The notes beneath the pieces were generated by a model. The model made no database searches, had not been told where the DNA came from, and saw only the letters and a list, made by a program, of their open reading frames with translations. A stretch of DNA of 64,000 nucleotides from the NCBI GenBank assembly GCA_016871805.1, contig VHCG01000006.1, positions 32,982 through 96,981 on the forward strand, given 5' to 3'. Shown here piece after piece: positions 10,401-18,311 of the stretch. The first letter of the stretch is position 1. The number at the start of each line of letters is the position of its first letter. Position numbers and translations under genes: made by a program. Source of the DNA: Verrucomicrobiota bacterium (GTDB taxonomy: Bacteria > Verrucomicrobiota > Verrucomicrobiia > Limisphaerales > UBA9464).

Positions 10401-11418
10401 CGTGACGGCGAAGTGGTACAAGAACAAGAGGCTCATCGAGGGTGCTACTGGCACCACCCTGGAGATTCCGAATGCGGGTCCCCAGCACATCGGTGACTAC
10501 TACGTGGTCATCTCCAACGAGAACGGCTCGGTTTCGTCCTGGCCCGACAACAATGCCCGGGCGATCATGACGGGAGCGTACGTGATCGAGGCTGAGGACT
10601 ACAACCACAGCCGCGGTAAGACCGTCGAAGCCGCCAGCAAGCAGCCGGTGGCCGACAGTCTGTACAAGGGTCTGGACGGCATCCCTGGATTCGACCTCGT
10701 GTTCAACAGCTCCACGGATGATCCGTGCGCGCACGGCAACAGCTACCGCAACGGTTGGAAGGATGAAAACGGCACCTGCGTGGCTTTCCCGGCCGGTGCG
10801 GGTGGCAATGTCGACGTGGCCATTGACAACGGTGCCAACCAAGATCGGCCGGACTATGTTGCCGCCAACAACTACAAGATCGGCTGGGTCGGCGACACGA
10901 CCTGGTTCAACTACACCCGCGACCTCCCGGCCGGCACCTACAATGCCGTGTTCGTGGGATCCCGCGATGGTACCCAAGAAGACCACAACACGGTCGCCCT
11001 CGAGATCGTGGCGGACGGCACGGTCGAGAACGCCCCCGGCACCAAGGTTGCCGAGGTCACGTTCGCGAACACCGGTGGATGGAGCAACCTCGACCAGATT
11101 CCGTTCACGAACGCGGACGGATCGGCTACGGCCATCGCCATCTCCGGCAAGACCACGCTGCGCCTCCGCTGCACCAAGGGCAATCCGGACTTCGACTACA
11201 TCCTGCTCTATCGGGCGGGTGCAGCGGGTCCGACCATCACCGGCATCACCCCCGGTGCTGACGGCAAGATTACCATCACTTGGACGGGTGGCGGTCAACT
11301 CGAGGCGGCTGCCAGCCTGAGCGGTCCGTGGGGCCCCGTTGCGGGTGCCACGACTGGCACGTTCGTCTGGACTCCGGGTGCGAATGACAAGGTCATCTAC
11401 GCCCGCGTCCGCAACTAA
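7474..11418 (+). CDS. Large secreted multi-domain protein: lectin/LamG-like, FN3, 2x PA14, Ig-like repeats, CBM6/35-like
   Basis: Start set at ATG 7474 (MQTSNLRTLPYAAGVAAAAALIGMSAAQA, signal peptide). PA14 blocks GTFTAPETASYKFFVRSDDASQLFIN and GLFKAPKTGDYVFWVASDDHGELYLS. FN3-like PGPVSNLKAAEAGANRVLLTW. IEAEDYNHSRG is typical of CBM6/35. Confidence 0.85.
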   Translation: MQTSNLRTLPYAAGVAAAAALIGMSAAQAADKTWDFTNDPSGELTIAGNNDQPWQNAGGNPGGFLALTYPQNSQYAAVVFPNLDVGKIVTGFTISADLRVGNPTGNRAADGFSVSFARDGDPILADPGSDTGFAGRCCAETGTRTGIAVSFDTWQGNTFPNDPADTTDIEGIIVRLDDVTVKKVGLPTRNGACDDLTTLQTGPRDADYWNAGGDARAADSWKTLCWKPFAINLTTDGKLTVSWKGNAVLDGFQTAYFPTAGQLVLASRTGGANEHTHFDNLKLTTIAQTVTAIPGPVSNLKAAEAGANRVLLTWDKASVAGDANAKVAYEVLRDGVVIAPTLTALTFEDRGVNPTKSYTYVVRGKNIAGAAGPDTTLNVTTAGLVDLSAFLQAKVWFGISGTAVDALLSDPHYQDPPDKTYYVNGMSFGETSGFGNTYGDNFGVVIQGTFTAPETASYKFFVRSDDASQLFINTAGGTAPDPTASTPIANEDGCCKSFLEDAPYASEAIALTAGKQYGLTYVVKEGGGGDWGQVAIRKEGDSTPAGSLSPIRGAILSGKGDGVGASISFTTQPANLTVTANGPAEMNAEATGSSPYGADYGKSVVYQWYVNGTPVLGANGPKFSVAVTPKAYNGAKVKVVASVAGASVTSTEAILTVNDDKVAPTVKRVSGSDTFDSITVIFSEPVVDPSALDASKYKVTGLTLSAGTRINDRTIRFTTTKQALDTKYDVTITGVLDLASNASAYTGSFVSYRFQPGVVQFNIWNNETGGFDSFDPNKAPTQVRLVDKYFTGTGLFENYFGQLKGLFKAPKTGDYVFWVASDDHGELYLSTDENPANKKRIAEEPAWCDPMYWKTDGGANSGSRGEAGQTTNRSDEYPNTEWAGGQGAKITLQAGKSYYLEVLYKEGGGGDHGAATFTYLGDPVPNNGQTALTGDNVGWYIDPQTSPPILAKAPATQKFERGGTIKFVAEVTSALPVTAKWYKNKRLIEGATGTTLEIPNAGPQHIGDYYVVISNENGSVSSWPDNNARAIMTGAYVIEAEDYNHSRGKTVEAASKQPVADSLYKGLDGIPGFDLVFNSSTDDPCAHGNSYRNGWKDENGTCVAFPAGAGGNVDVAIDNGANQDRPDYVAANNYKIGWVGDTTWFNYTRDLPAGTYNAVFVGSRDGTQEDHNTVALEIVADGTVENAPGTKVAEVTFANTGGWSNLDQIPFTNADGSATAIAISGKTTLRLRCTKGNPDFDYILLYRAGAAGPTITGITPGADGKITITWTGGGQLEAAASLSGPWGPVAGATTGTFVWTPGANDKVIYARVRN

Positions 11419-11440
11419 GCCGACGTTAGGTTAATCAGAC

Positions 11441-11469
11441 GGGGCTGGAGGCAACTCCAGCCCCGTTTT
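11441..11469 (+). terminator. Rho-independent terminator after the PA14 protein gene
   Basis: ggggctggag gcaa ctccagcccc followed by gtttt. Perfect 10-bp stem. Confidence 0.7.
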
Positions 11470-11527
11470 CCATTTCCAAGGGACGTAACCCAGGCTCGTC
11501 GTTAAGCCGTCTCCGCTTCTCGGACCT

Positions 11528-11794
11528 GCCGGCCCTCGGCCGGCATTTGGTGGGATCCGCAGTGCTCTGCGGCACTGGGCGCGGAGCGCCTCCCTACTCC
11601 GGGCCCACCTACTCCGCGAAGGTCGATCCTTGCGGTCGGTGATTCCCACGACGCCGGAAATCCGGAACGCCGGCGGGCAATGCAGTCCTCAGCCATCCTG
11701 GACCACGGGTGAGGCTTGAGCCTGGGGGATGGGTGTGCGGGGCGCACCGAGGGCTGCAGACATGGTAACACCCACCAATTGCAGGCCTGCGGCC
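11528..11794. repeat. REPIN-like composite: two inverted REP-like units with about 140-nt spacer
   Basis: Left unit 11549-11590 (ggtggga tCCGCAG tgct CTGCGG cact GGGCGC gga GCGCC). Right unit 11731-11776 is its degenerate reverse complement (GGTGTGC ggg GCGCACC ... cacccacc). Flanked by the gccggcc ctc ggccggc hairpin and the gcaggcctgc palindrome. Confidence 0.6.
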
Positions 11795-11845
11795 CATCCG
11801 ACCCTTGGCATCCCCTCCCGGTCTCCTTCAGTCTGGTTCGACTCC

Positions 11846-14800
11846 ATGCGCCATTCCCCGCATACGTCGACCCTGTTGTCCGCCGTACTCGCGTTGGTGT
11901 CCTGTTTTCTCTCGATCCGCCTGTCGACCTTCCCCAGCCAGGCTGCCGGTTCAACGGAGACTCTGTTGGAACCCATTCCGGTCCACCCTGGTCCTCCTGC
12001 GGGCTTCTCCCGCTTGGAAGCCGACCGTACCGGCATCGGATTCACAAATCATCTATCAGAGTTCAATGCGGCCCAGAATCGCATCCTCGAAAACGGATCG
12101 GGTTTGGCCCTCGGCGATGTCGATGGCGACGGGTGGTGCGATGTCTATTTCTGTCGACTCGAGGGTGACAACGTGTTGTTCCGGAACCTTGGGGACTGGC
12201 GATTCCAAGACATCACCGCCGCTTCGGGTGTCACTTGTGCCGGAGACCTCTCCAGCGGTGCTGTGCTGGTCGATGTCGATGGGGACGGGGATCTCGACCT
12301 GCTCGTGAACTCGCTGGGTGGCGGCACGCGGGAGTTCCTCAACGATGGGAAGGGAAGGTTCAGCGAGGTGGTCGACTCCCGTTTGGCCCGACGCTTCGCG
12401 GCCACGTCGATGTCGCTTGCCGACATGGATGGCGACGGGGATCTGGACCTGTACGTGACCAACTACCGGACCGACACCTACAAGGATCGTCCACCTGGCC
12501 TGAAAGTGGAGGCGCGACAGAATCCCGATGGCTCGGTGACAGTGGAACCGCGGGACCGCTTCATCACCTTCGGGGCCCGCCAGACCGGGGTGGAGGTCTT
12601 GGAACGGGGGGAGCGTGATTTTCTCTATCTCAACCAGGGTGACGGGCAGTTTGTTCCACTCTCCTGGGACAAGGGCACGTTTCTGGACGAGGACGGCCGG
12701 CCGCTCCAGGCACCCCCAACAGACTGGGGACTTGGGGTGCTGTTCCGCGATCTGAATGGTGATCGATGGCCAGATCTCTATGTCTGCAACGACTTCGTCT
12801 ACTGGCCCGACCGTCTCTGGCTCAACGAGGCGGGCACTGGTTTCCGCGCAGCGCCCCGGACCGCGTTGCGGAGCCAGAGCCTTGCCTCCATGGCGGTCGA
12901 TGCCGCGGATCTCAACCGGGATGGATGGGATGATCTGTTCGTGGCCGACATGCTGAGCCGAAGCCTCCGACCCCGCGCCTGGCAGCGTCAGAATCTTCTT
13001 GAGGGCCTCGTGCGTTGGCCTCACGAGGACCCTGTGTTCCGTCCGGAGGTCCCTAGGAACACGCTCCAGATTGCTCGCGGTGATGGCACCTTTGCCGAGA
13101 CCGCGCAGTTCGCAGGGCTTGCTGCCACGGACTGGACCTGGTCGGTCGTCGCGATGGATGTGGACCTGGATGGATGGGAGGATCTGCTGTTCGGGACCGG
13201 GAACCTGCACGACGTTCAGGACACCGACGCCATTGCGGAGACTGCGATGCAAAAGGGTCCCCTGACGCCGGATTCACGGCACCGGAACTGGATGCGTTTC
13301 CCTCGACTGGATCGTCCGAAGCGCGCCTTCCGCAACCGGCACGATGCCACGTTCGAGGAACGGGGCAGGGAGTGGGGCTTCGACGATGTTGGCATCGCCC
13401 ATGGGATGGCTCTGGCCGACCTCGACAACGACGGCGACCAGGATGTCGTGGTGAACCATCTCAACGCCTCCGTCGGGATCTATCGCAATGACTCTGGGGC
13501 TCCGCGGGTGGCGGTGCGGCTGCGCGGAGCCCACGGGAACACGGCCGGGATCGGGTCTCGCATCACCGTCTCGGGAGGACCGGTGGTCCAGAGTCAGATC
13601 CTCGTGAGCGGGGGCCGGTACTGCTCGGGCGACGAGGCCTTGAGGGTCTTTGCGACCGGATCTGCCCGGCGGGTCGAGGTCGCTGTGACCTGGCCCTCGG
13701 GACGTGTCACCCGGGTGCCCGACATCCCCGTCAACCATCGGGTTCTGATCCATGAGGACGCCAGCTCCCCCCCAGTCGACCCACCGCCTGCCGAATCGGG
13801 TTTGACCCTGTTTCGTGAGACCGCCATTCCAGTGCCGCCGTGGCCTGCAGAGCATCGTGCCGACGCCGAATTTGTCCGCCAACGGCTGCTGCCAAGGGCG
13901 CTTGCAACCCGGTCGCCGGGCGTGGCGTTGGGAGATCTCAATGCGGATGGGAACGACGACCTGGTCATCGCGGGGCTCCCCGGTTTCCTGGGACTGTCCT
14001 TCCTCGGGAACGGGCGAGGGGAACTTGCCGTCTCGGGATGGCCTGCGATCCCTTCGGGCAACCGGGCTATCTCGGCATTCCTTCCGGCGGGAGGCGCGCC
14101 TCCGTCCCGGTTCTTGGTCGCCACCGAGGCCCTGAATGGAACCAACACCACGGCGACCCTCCAGCTCTGGACGCCGCAACCGGGAACCCTTGAGCCCGTA
14201 ACGGACCTGCCCTCTGTCGCAACGGCCCTTGCCAGTGGCGACTGGGATGCCGACGGGGATCTCGACCTCTTCGTTGGCGGAGGCTCCCAGCCGGGACGCT
14301 ATCCGGAAGGCACCATCTCCAGACTGTTCGAGTCCAAGGACGGCCGATGGATTCCGATCCAGGACCTGCCCGGTGCCGGACGGATCGAGTCCGCCCTATT
14401 CACCGACCTGACCGGGGATGGGTTGCCGGAGCTGGTGGCGGCAACGGACTGGGGTCCGGTCCGGATCTGGGAGAGAACCGATGGGCGGTTTCGTGAGACC
14501 ACGGAACGGTGGGGTCTGGCGGATCGTGCGGGTTGGTGGCGTGGGATTGCTTCCGGGGATCTCGACGGTGACGGACGGCTGGATCTGGTGGTGGCGAACT
14601 GGGGCCGCAATTTTGGCGAAGGACGCATCCCGTCGCCTCCGGCCGCGGTGTCGGTCGAAGGATGGGGATTCTCCGTGCCGGGAACGGACCGCCTTGGGCT
14701 GGTCCTCGGCTCGACAGATCCCGAAACGGGACGACTGCTCCCGTGGCGGGATCATGCCACGCTGACGGCGCTGCTGCCTGCGGTCCGGAACCGGTTTCCC

Positions 14801-15520
14801 ACCGCCCATGCCTATGCCGAAGCCTCGCTCCCCGCAGTCGCGGAGGGCGTTATCCCGCCCCCACGGCGCTGGGTTGCGACGATGTTCGAGAGCATGGTCT
14901 TCCTCAACCGAGGCAATCGCCTCGAGCCCAGATCACTCCCCGCGGAAGCCCAATGGAGCAGTTCAAGTGGCGTTTCGGTCGCCGACCTCGATGGGGACGG
15001 GCACCTCGACCTGGTCCTCACGCAGAACTTCTTCGAGCTGGACCGGGAATCGTCCCGTCAGGATGCCGGCCTGGGACTCGTGTTGAAGGGCAATGGCGAC
15101 GGGACCTTTCGTGTTCTGCGTCCTGCGGAGGCCGGCCTCTATTGCTGGGGTGAGGGTCGTGGATGCGGTGTCGGGGATTTCAACGGGGACCGTCGACCAG
15201 ATCTCATCGTGGCCCAGCGTCGTGGTCCGCTGCAGATGCTGCTCAATCAGATGGGTCAGCCCGGGTATTCCGTGCGACTCCTCGGCCGCAAAGGGGCCAC
15301 TCCGGCTTTTGGAGCCGTTGTGCGTCTGTGCTCCGGGGATACGAAAGGACCCGCGCTGGAGGTGCAGTCGGGGTCGGGCTGGATGTCGGCCTCCAGTCCG
15401 CGCCTTCTTGTTGGACATCCCCGCCGGCCGACCTCGGCGTCGATCCGTTGGCCGGGCGGACGCGAGCAGGTCGTGCCGTGGCCGCAGGATACCGATGCGC
15501 TCACCTTGACGCAGCCCTGA
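11846..15520 (+). CDS. CRTAC1-family protein: FG-GAP/VCBS repeats with two ASPIC/UnbV modules, secreted
   Basis: Start at ATG 11846 with a hydrophobic leader. Repeated DVDGDGxxDL / DxDGDG motifs. Two UnbV_ASPIC-like blocks (GIGSRITVSGG...SGGRYCSGDE and AFGAVVRLCSGD...SGSGWMSASS). Confidence 0.85.
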   Translation: MRHSPHTSTLLSAVLALVSCFLSIRLSTFPSQAAGSTETLLEPIPVHPGPPAGFSRLEADRTGIGFTNHLSEFNAAQNRILENGSGLALGDVDGDGWCDVYFCRLEGDNVLFRNLGDWRFQDITAASGVTCAGDLSSGAVLVDVDGDGDLDLLVNSLGGGTREFLNDGKGRFSEVVDSRLARRFAATSMSLADMDGDGDLDLYVTNYRTDTYKDRPPGLKVEARQNPDGSVTVEPRDRFITFGARQTGVEVLERGERDFLYLNQGDGQFVPLSWDKGTFLDEDGRPLQAPPTDWGLGVLFRDLNGDRWPDLYVCNDFVYWPDRLWLNEAGTGFRAAPRTALRSQSLASMAVDAADLNRDGWDDLFVADMLSRSLRPRAWQRQNLLEGLVRWPHEDPVFRPEVPRNTLQIARGDGTFAETAQFAGLAATDWTWSVVAMDVDLDGWEDLLFGTGNLHDVQDTDAIAETAMQKGPLTPDSRHRNWMRFPRLDRPKRAFRNRHDATFEERGREWGFDDVGIAHGMALADLDNDGDQDVVVNHLNASVGIYRNDSGAPRVAVRLRGAHGNTAGIGSRITVSGGPVVQSQILVSGGRYCSGDEALRVFATGSARRVEVAVTWPSGRVTRVPDIPVNHRVLIHEDASSPPVDPPPAESGLTLFRETAIPVPPWPAEHRADAEFVRQRLLPRALATRSPGVALGDLNADGNDDLVIAGLPGFLGLSFLGNGRGELAVSGWPAIPSGNRAISAFLPAGGAPPSRFLVATEALNGTNTTATLQLWTPQPGTLEPVTDLPSVATALASGDWDADGDLDLFVGGGSQPGRYPEGTISRLFESKDGRWIPIQDLPGAGRIESALFTDLTGDGLPELVAATDWGPVRIWERTDGRFRETTERWGLADRAGWWRGIASGDLDGDGRLDLVVANWGRNFGEGRIPSPPAAVSVEGWGFSVPGTDRLGLVLGSTDPETGRLLPWRDHATLTALLPAVRNRFPTAHAYAEASLPAVAEGVIPPPRRWVATMFESMVFLNRGNRLEPRSLPAEAQWSSSSGVSVADLDGDGHLDLVLTQNFFELDRESSRQDAGLGLVLKGNGDGTFRVLRPAEAGLYCWGEGRGCGVGDFNGDRRPDLIVAQRRGPLQMLLNQMGQPGYSVRLLGRKGATPAFGAVVRLCSGDTKGPALEVQSGSGWMSASSPRLLVGHPRRPTSASIRWPGGREQVVPWPQDTDALTLTQP

Positions 15521-15538
15521 GTCCGATGGCCCCCGGCC

Positions 15539-17050
15539 GTGCTGCCTGCGGGATTCATCCACTCGCGTCATACCGCATCCCGTGTTCAAACTTCACTCGT
15601 GCACTCCAACGGGCGTTTCCGCGGATTGGTCCTCCTGCTTGCCGGGCTCTTCGGTACGGCGGTCCTCGGCCAATCCACCCAGAACTGGCCACGCTGGGAC
15701 GCGTGGAAGTTGGCCTGTGATCGGCTCCCGGCGAACCAGGCCCTGTTGAAAGGGGCGCCCTCGGCCTCTCCGGATCTCCTGCCGCTCCGTCGATTTCACG
15801 ACTTCGAATCCGTCCTCGACGCCTTTCTGACCCAGGCCGTCCAGGGGCCGATGCGGAACGCCTCGAACTGGGTCGGACCATTGCCAGACCTGGCGTCGTT
15901 CCTGGACCTTTCTGGCAGCCCGGTCACGCGCCCGCCCCTCCCGTTCCAGCCCTTTGCCCAGAAACTGATCGTGCCGTCTGGGTCCTCGGTGCTGCTCCAG
16001 GGGGATCTGCATGGGGACATCCATTCCCTGCTCGCGGTCCTGTCGCACCTGCAGCAACAGGGCTGGATGGAGGGTTTCGAGCTCAAGCCGTCTGCGCCCC
16101 AGCTGATCTTTCTCGGGGACTACACGGATCGCGGCCAATACGGCGTCGAGGTCCTCTACACCCTGATGCGCCTGAAGCTCGCGAATCCCGACCGGGTGCA
16201 TCTGGTTCGTGGCAATCACGAGGACCTGTCCCTCGTGTCCCGGTATGGATTCCTGGCCGAGGCCCAGGCGAAGTTTGGTCGGGACCTGAACGTCCCAAAG
16301 ATCGTCCGACTCTACGACGTTCTTCCGGTCGTCCTCTACCTCGGCTGTGGAACCAACGGGGTCCAGCTGTGTCACGGCGGCATGGAGCCGGGATTCGATC
16401 CGCGTCCGCTCCTCGGGTCCTTGGGCTCGCCGCGGTTTGCCCGGATTGGTGATCTGCGTCAGGCGGAATTCCTCAAGGCGCATCCGGACTGGCTGAAGGC
16501 GGATCCGAAGTCCCGGGTTGAGGCGGAGCGGATCTTCCGGGACTTCACCCCGGAATCGCCGACGGCGCCGTCGGTGCTTGGGTTCATGTGGAACGACTTC
16601 ACGGTGTTCCGCGAGGAGCCGGGCTTCGCCCATAATCCGGAACGGGCATTCGTCTATGGCGACACGGCGGTGGGGCCGCTGCTTCAAGAGATCTCGACGC
16701 CCGGGTTCCGGATCTGTGCCGTGATCCGGGGGCATCAACACTCGAGCCAGTCGAACCCGCTGATGCGCCGGCTGGTGGCGTCCCGTGGACTCTTCCGTCA
16801 CTGGCAGGAGCTTCCGTCGGGTGAGACCTTCGCGGCGACGGCGCAGGCCTTGGAGGCGAAGGTGGAGGTGGGGTCGAGCCGACCGGTGCCGTTCGGCTCG
16901 GTGTGGACCCTGAATGTGAGTCCCGACAGCATCTATGGGTTGGGGTGTCGATTTGGGTTTGCGACCTGTGCCCGCCTGAAGCTGGAGTCCCGTTTGGAGG
17001 ACTGGCGGCTGGAGCCGATCACCGTAACGGTGCCGGTGGTGGCCAAGTAG
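15539..17050 (+). CDS. Secreted PPP-family serine/threonine phosphatase (metallophosphoesterase)
   Basis: GDLHGD, GDYTDRG, GNHED, CHGG and RGHQH motifs in canonical order. Hydrophobic leader LVLLLAGLFGTAVLG. GTG start; an alternative GTG at 15599 is possible. Confidence 0.85.
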   Translation: MLPAGFIHSRHTASRVQTSLVHSNGRFRGLVLLLAGLFGTAVLGQSTQNWPRWDAWKLACDRLPANQALLKGAPSASPDLLPLRRFHDFESVLDAFLTQAVQGPMRNASNWVGPLPDLASFLDLSGSPVTRPPLPFQPFAQKLIVPSGSSVLLQGDLHGDIHSLLAVLSHLQQQGWMEGFELKPSAPQLIFLGDYTDRGQYGVEVLYTLMRLKLANPDRVHLVRGNHEDLSLVSRYGFLAEAQAKFGRDLNVPKIVRLYDVLPVVLYLGCGTNGVQLCHGGMEPGFDPRPLLGSLGSPRFARIGDLRQAEFLKAHPDWLKADPKSRVEAERIFRDFTPESPTAPSVLGFMWNDFTVFREEPGFAHNPERAFVYGDTAVGPLLQEISTPGFRICAVIRGHQHSSQSNPLMRRLVASRGLFRHWQELPSGETFAATAQALEAKVEVGSSRPVPFGSVWTLNVSPDSIYGLGCRFGFATCARLKLESRLEDWRLEPITVTVPVVAK

Positions 17051-17057
17051 ATCCCTG

Positions 17058-17326
17058 CCGCCCGCGGGCGGGCCCTGGTGGGTGCCGCAGTGCCCTGCGG
17101 CACTGGGCGCGGAGCGCCCACCGACCCCGGGGTGTGACGGCGGTGAGAGGCTCAGACGGACCTGGGGTGCAGATCCCGATGCCCGTGAAACGCGGCGGAG
17201 TCCGTGTGGTTTGAGTTCAAGGGGTTGCCTGGGGCGTGGATGCGGATCAGGCCTGGGGTGGATGGGTGCGCGGGGCGCACCCAGCGCCGCAGACACTGCA
17301 GCACCCACCGGCGCAGGCCTGTGGCC
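17058..17326. repeat. REPIN-like composite: two inverted REP-like units, second copy of the 11.5-kb element
   Basis: Left unit 17077-17122 (ggtggg TGCCGCAG tgcc CTGCGGCA ct GGGCGC gga GCGCCC acc). Right unit 17264-17309 is inverted (GGGTGCGC ggg GCGCACCC agcgccgcagacactgcagcacccacc). Ends with gcaggcctgtggcc as in the 11.5-kb copy. Confidence 0.6.
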
Positions 17327-17461
17327 TACAGATAAAGAGGAATCGGGCGAGAGTCTGGTTTTGGATGGGCAGAACGGGTGCTGCTGTGAGCAACCCACCG
17401 TTGCCAAACCCAAGGTGTCCACTCAGCCTTTTTAATAGTCGTAGCGCTGCATCCGACCGGC

Positions 17462-18292
17462 ATGAGTGAGTATCGCGTCCAATTCGAGGTCTTCGAGGGT
17501 CCCATGGACCTCCTGCTTCACCTGGTGAAGAGGCAGGAGGTGGACATCTACGAGGTCAACCTGACCCGTCTGGCGACCGAGTTTGTGGCCTATCTCGACC
17601 GGATGCGGGAGCTCGACCTCGAGGTGGCTGGGGAGTTCCTCGTGATGGCGGCCACGCTGTTGTACATCAAGAGCCGGGAGCTCCTGCCGGTCGACCAGCA
17701 GGTGAAGCCGGCGGAGGACGACACCGAGGAGGATGATCCGCGCTGGGAGCTCATCCGGAGGCTCGTGGAGTACAAGAAGTTCAAGGACGCCGCCGCCACG
17801 CTGCAGGGTCGCGAGGAGGCCATGGGCAGCATCTATGAGCGTCGCCCGCCCCGGATGGAGTTCATCGAGATGCCGGCGCTTCGGCGGGGCGAGGTCTCCG
17901 TGTTCGAGCTGGTCGGGGCGGTCAGTCAGATCCTCAAGCGGTTCAACACCCAGCCCGGCATGCACGAGGTGCAGGCCGATCCGCACACGGTCAGCGAGAA
18001 GATCGAGTCCCTCCGGACCCTGCTGTCGGAACGCAGGCGGACCCGCTTCAGCGAGCTCTTTTCGGCAGCCTCCTCTCGCAACGAGGTCGTCTGCATCTTC
18101 CTGGCCCTGCTGGAGCTGACCCGTATGCGTCAGCTGGTGCTGAGCCAGAGCGATGAATTCGGGGAGATCGATGTCGATCTGGCCCCGCCGGAGGTCCTGA
18201 CCCCGCCTCCCCCGCCTTCGCCGACCGATGAGCACGGGCATCCGCAGACCACCCCGGTTGCGGAAGGCTCGGAGGGTCCGCAGACCGCCTGA
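17462..18292 (+). CDS. scpA: Segregation and condensation protein A
   Basis: FEGPMDLLLHLVKRQEVDIYEVNLTRLATEF...AGEFLVMAATLLYIKSRELLP is typical of ScpA. Confidence 0.9.
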   Translation: MSEYRVQFEVFEGPMDLLLHLVKRQEVDIYEVNLTRLATEFVAYLDRMRELDLEVAGEFLVMAATLLYIKSRELLPVDQQVKPAEDDTEEDDPRWELIRRLVEYKKFKDAAATLQGREEAMGSIYERRPPRMEFIEMPALRRGEVSVFELVGAVSQILKRFNTQPGMHEVQADPHTVSEKIESLRTLLSERRRTRFSELFSAASSRNEVVCIFLALLELTRMRQLVLSQSDEFGEIDVDLAPPEVLTPPPPPSPTDEHGHPQTTPVAEGSEGPQTA

Positions 18293-18311
18293 ATCCCGCC
18301 GTACACGTCCC

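Noticed and set aside
7459-11298. 1279-aa ORF antisense to the PA14 protein gene
   Set aside because: It is Arg/Gly/Val-rich low-complexity sequence with no domain signatures, and it exactly shadows a well-supported gene on the other strand. This is a typical GC-rich antisense artefact.
15593-17422. 609-aa ORF antisense to the PPP phosphatase gene and running through the 17-kb repeat
   Set aside because: It has Arg/Pro-rich composition and no motifs. Its N-terminal part is translated repeat sequence.
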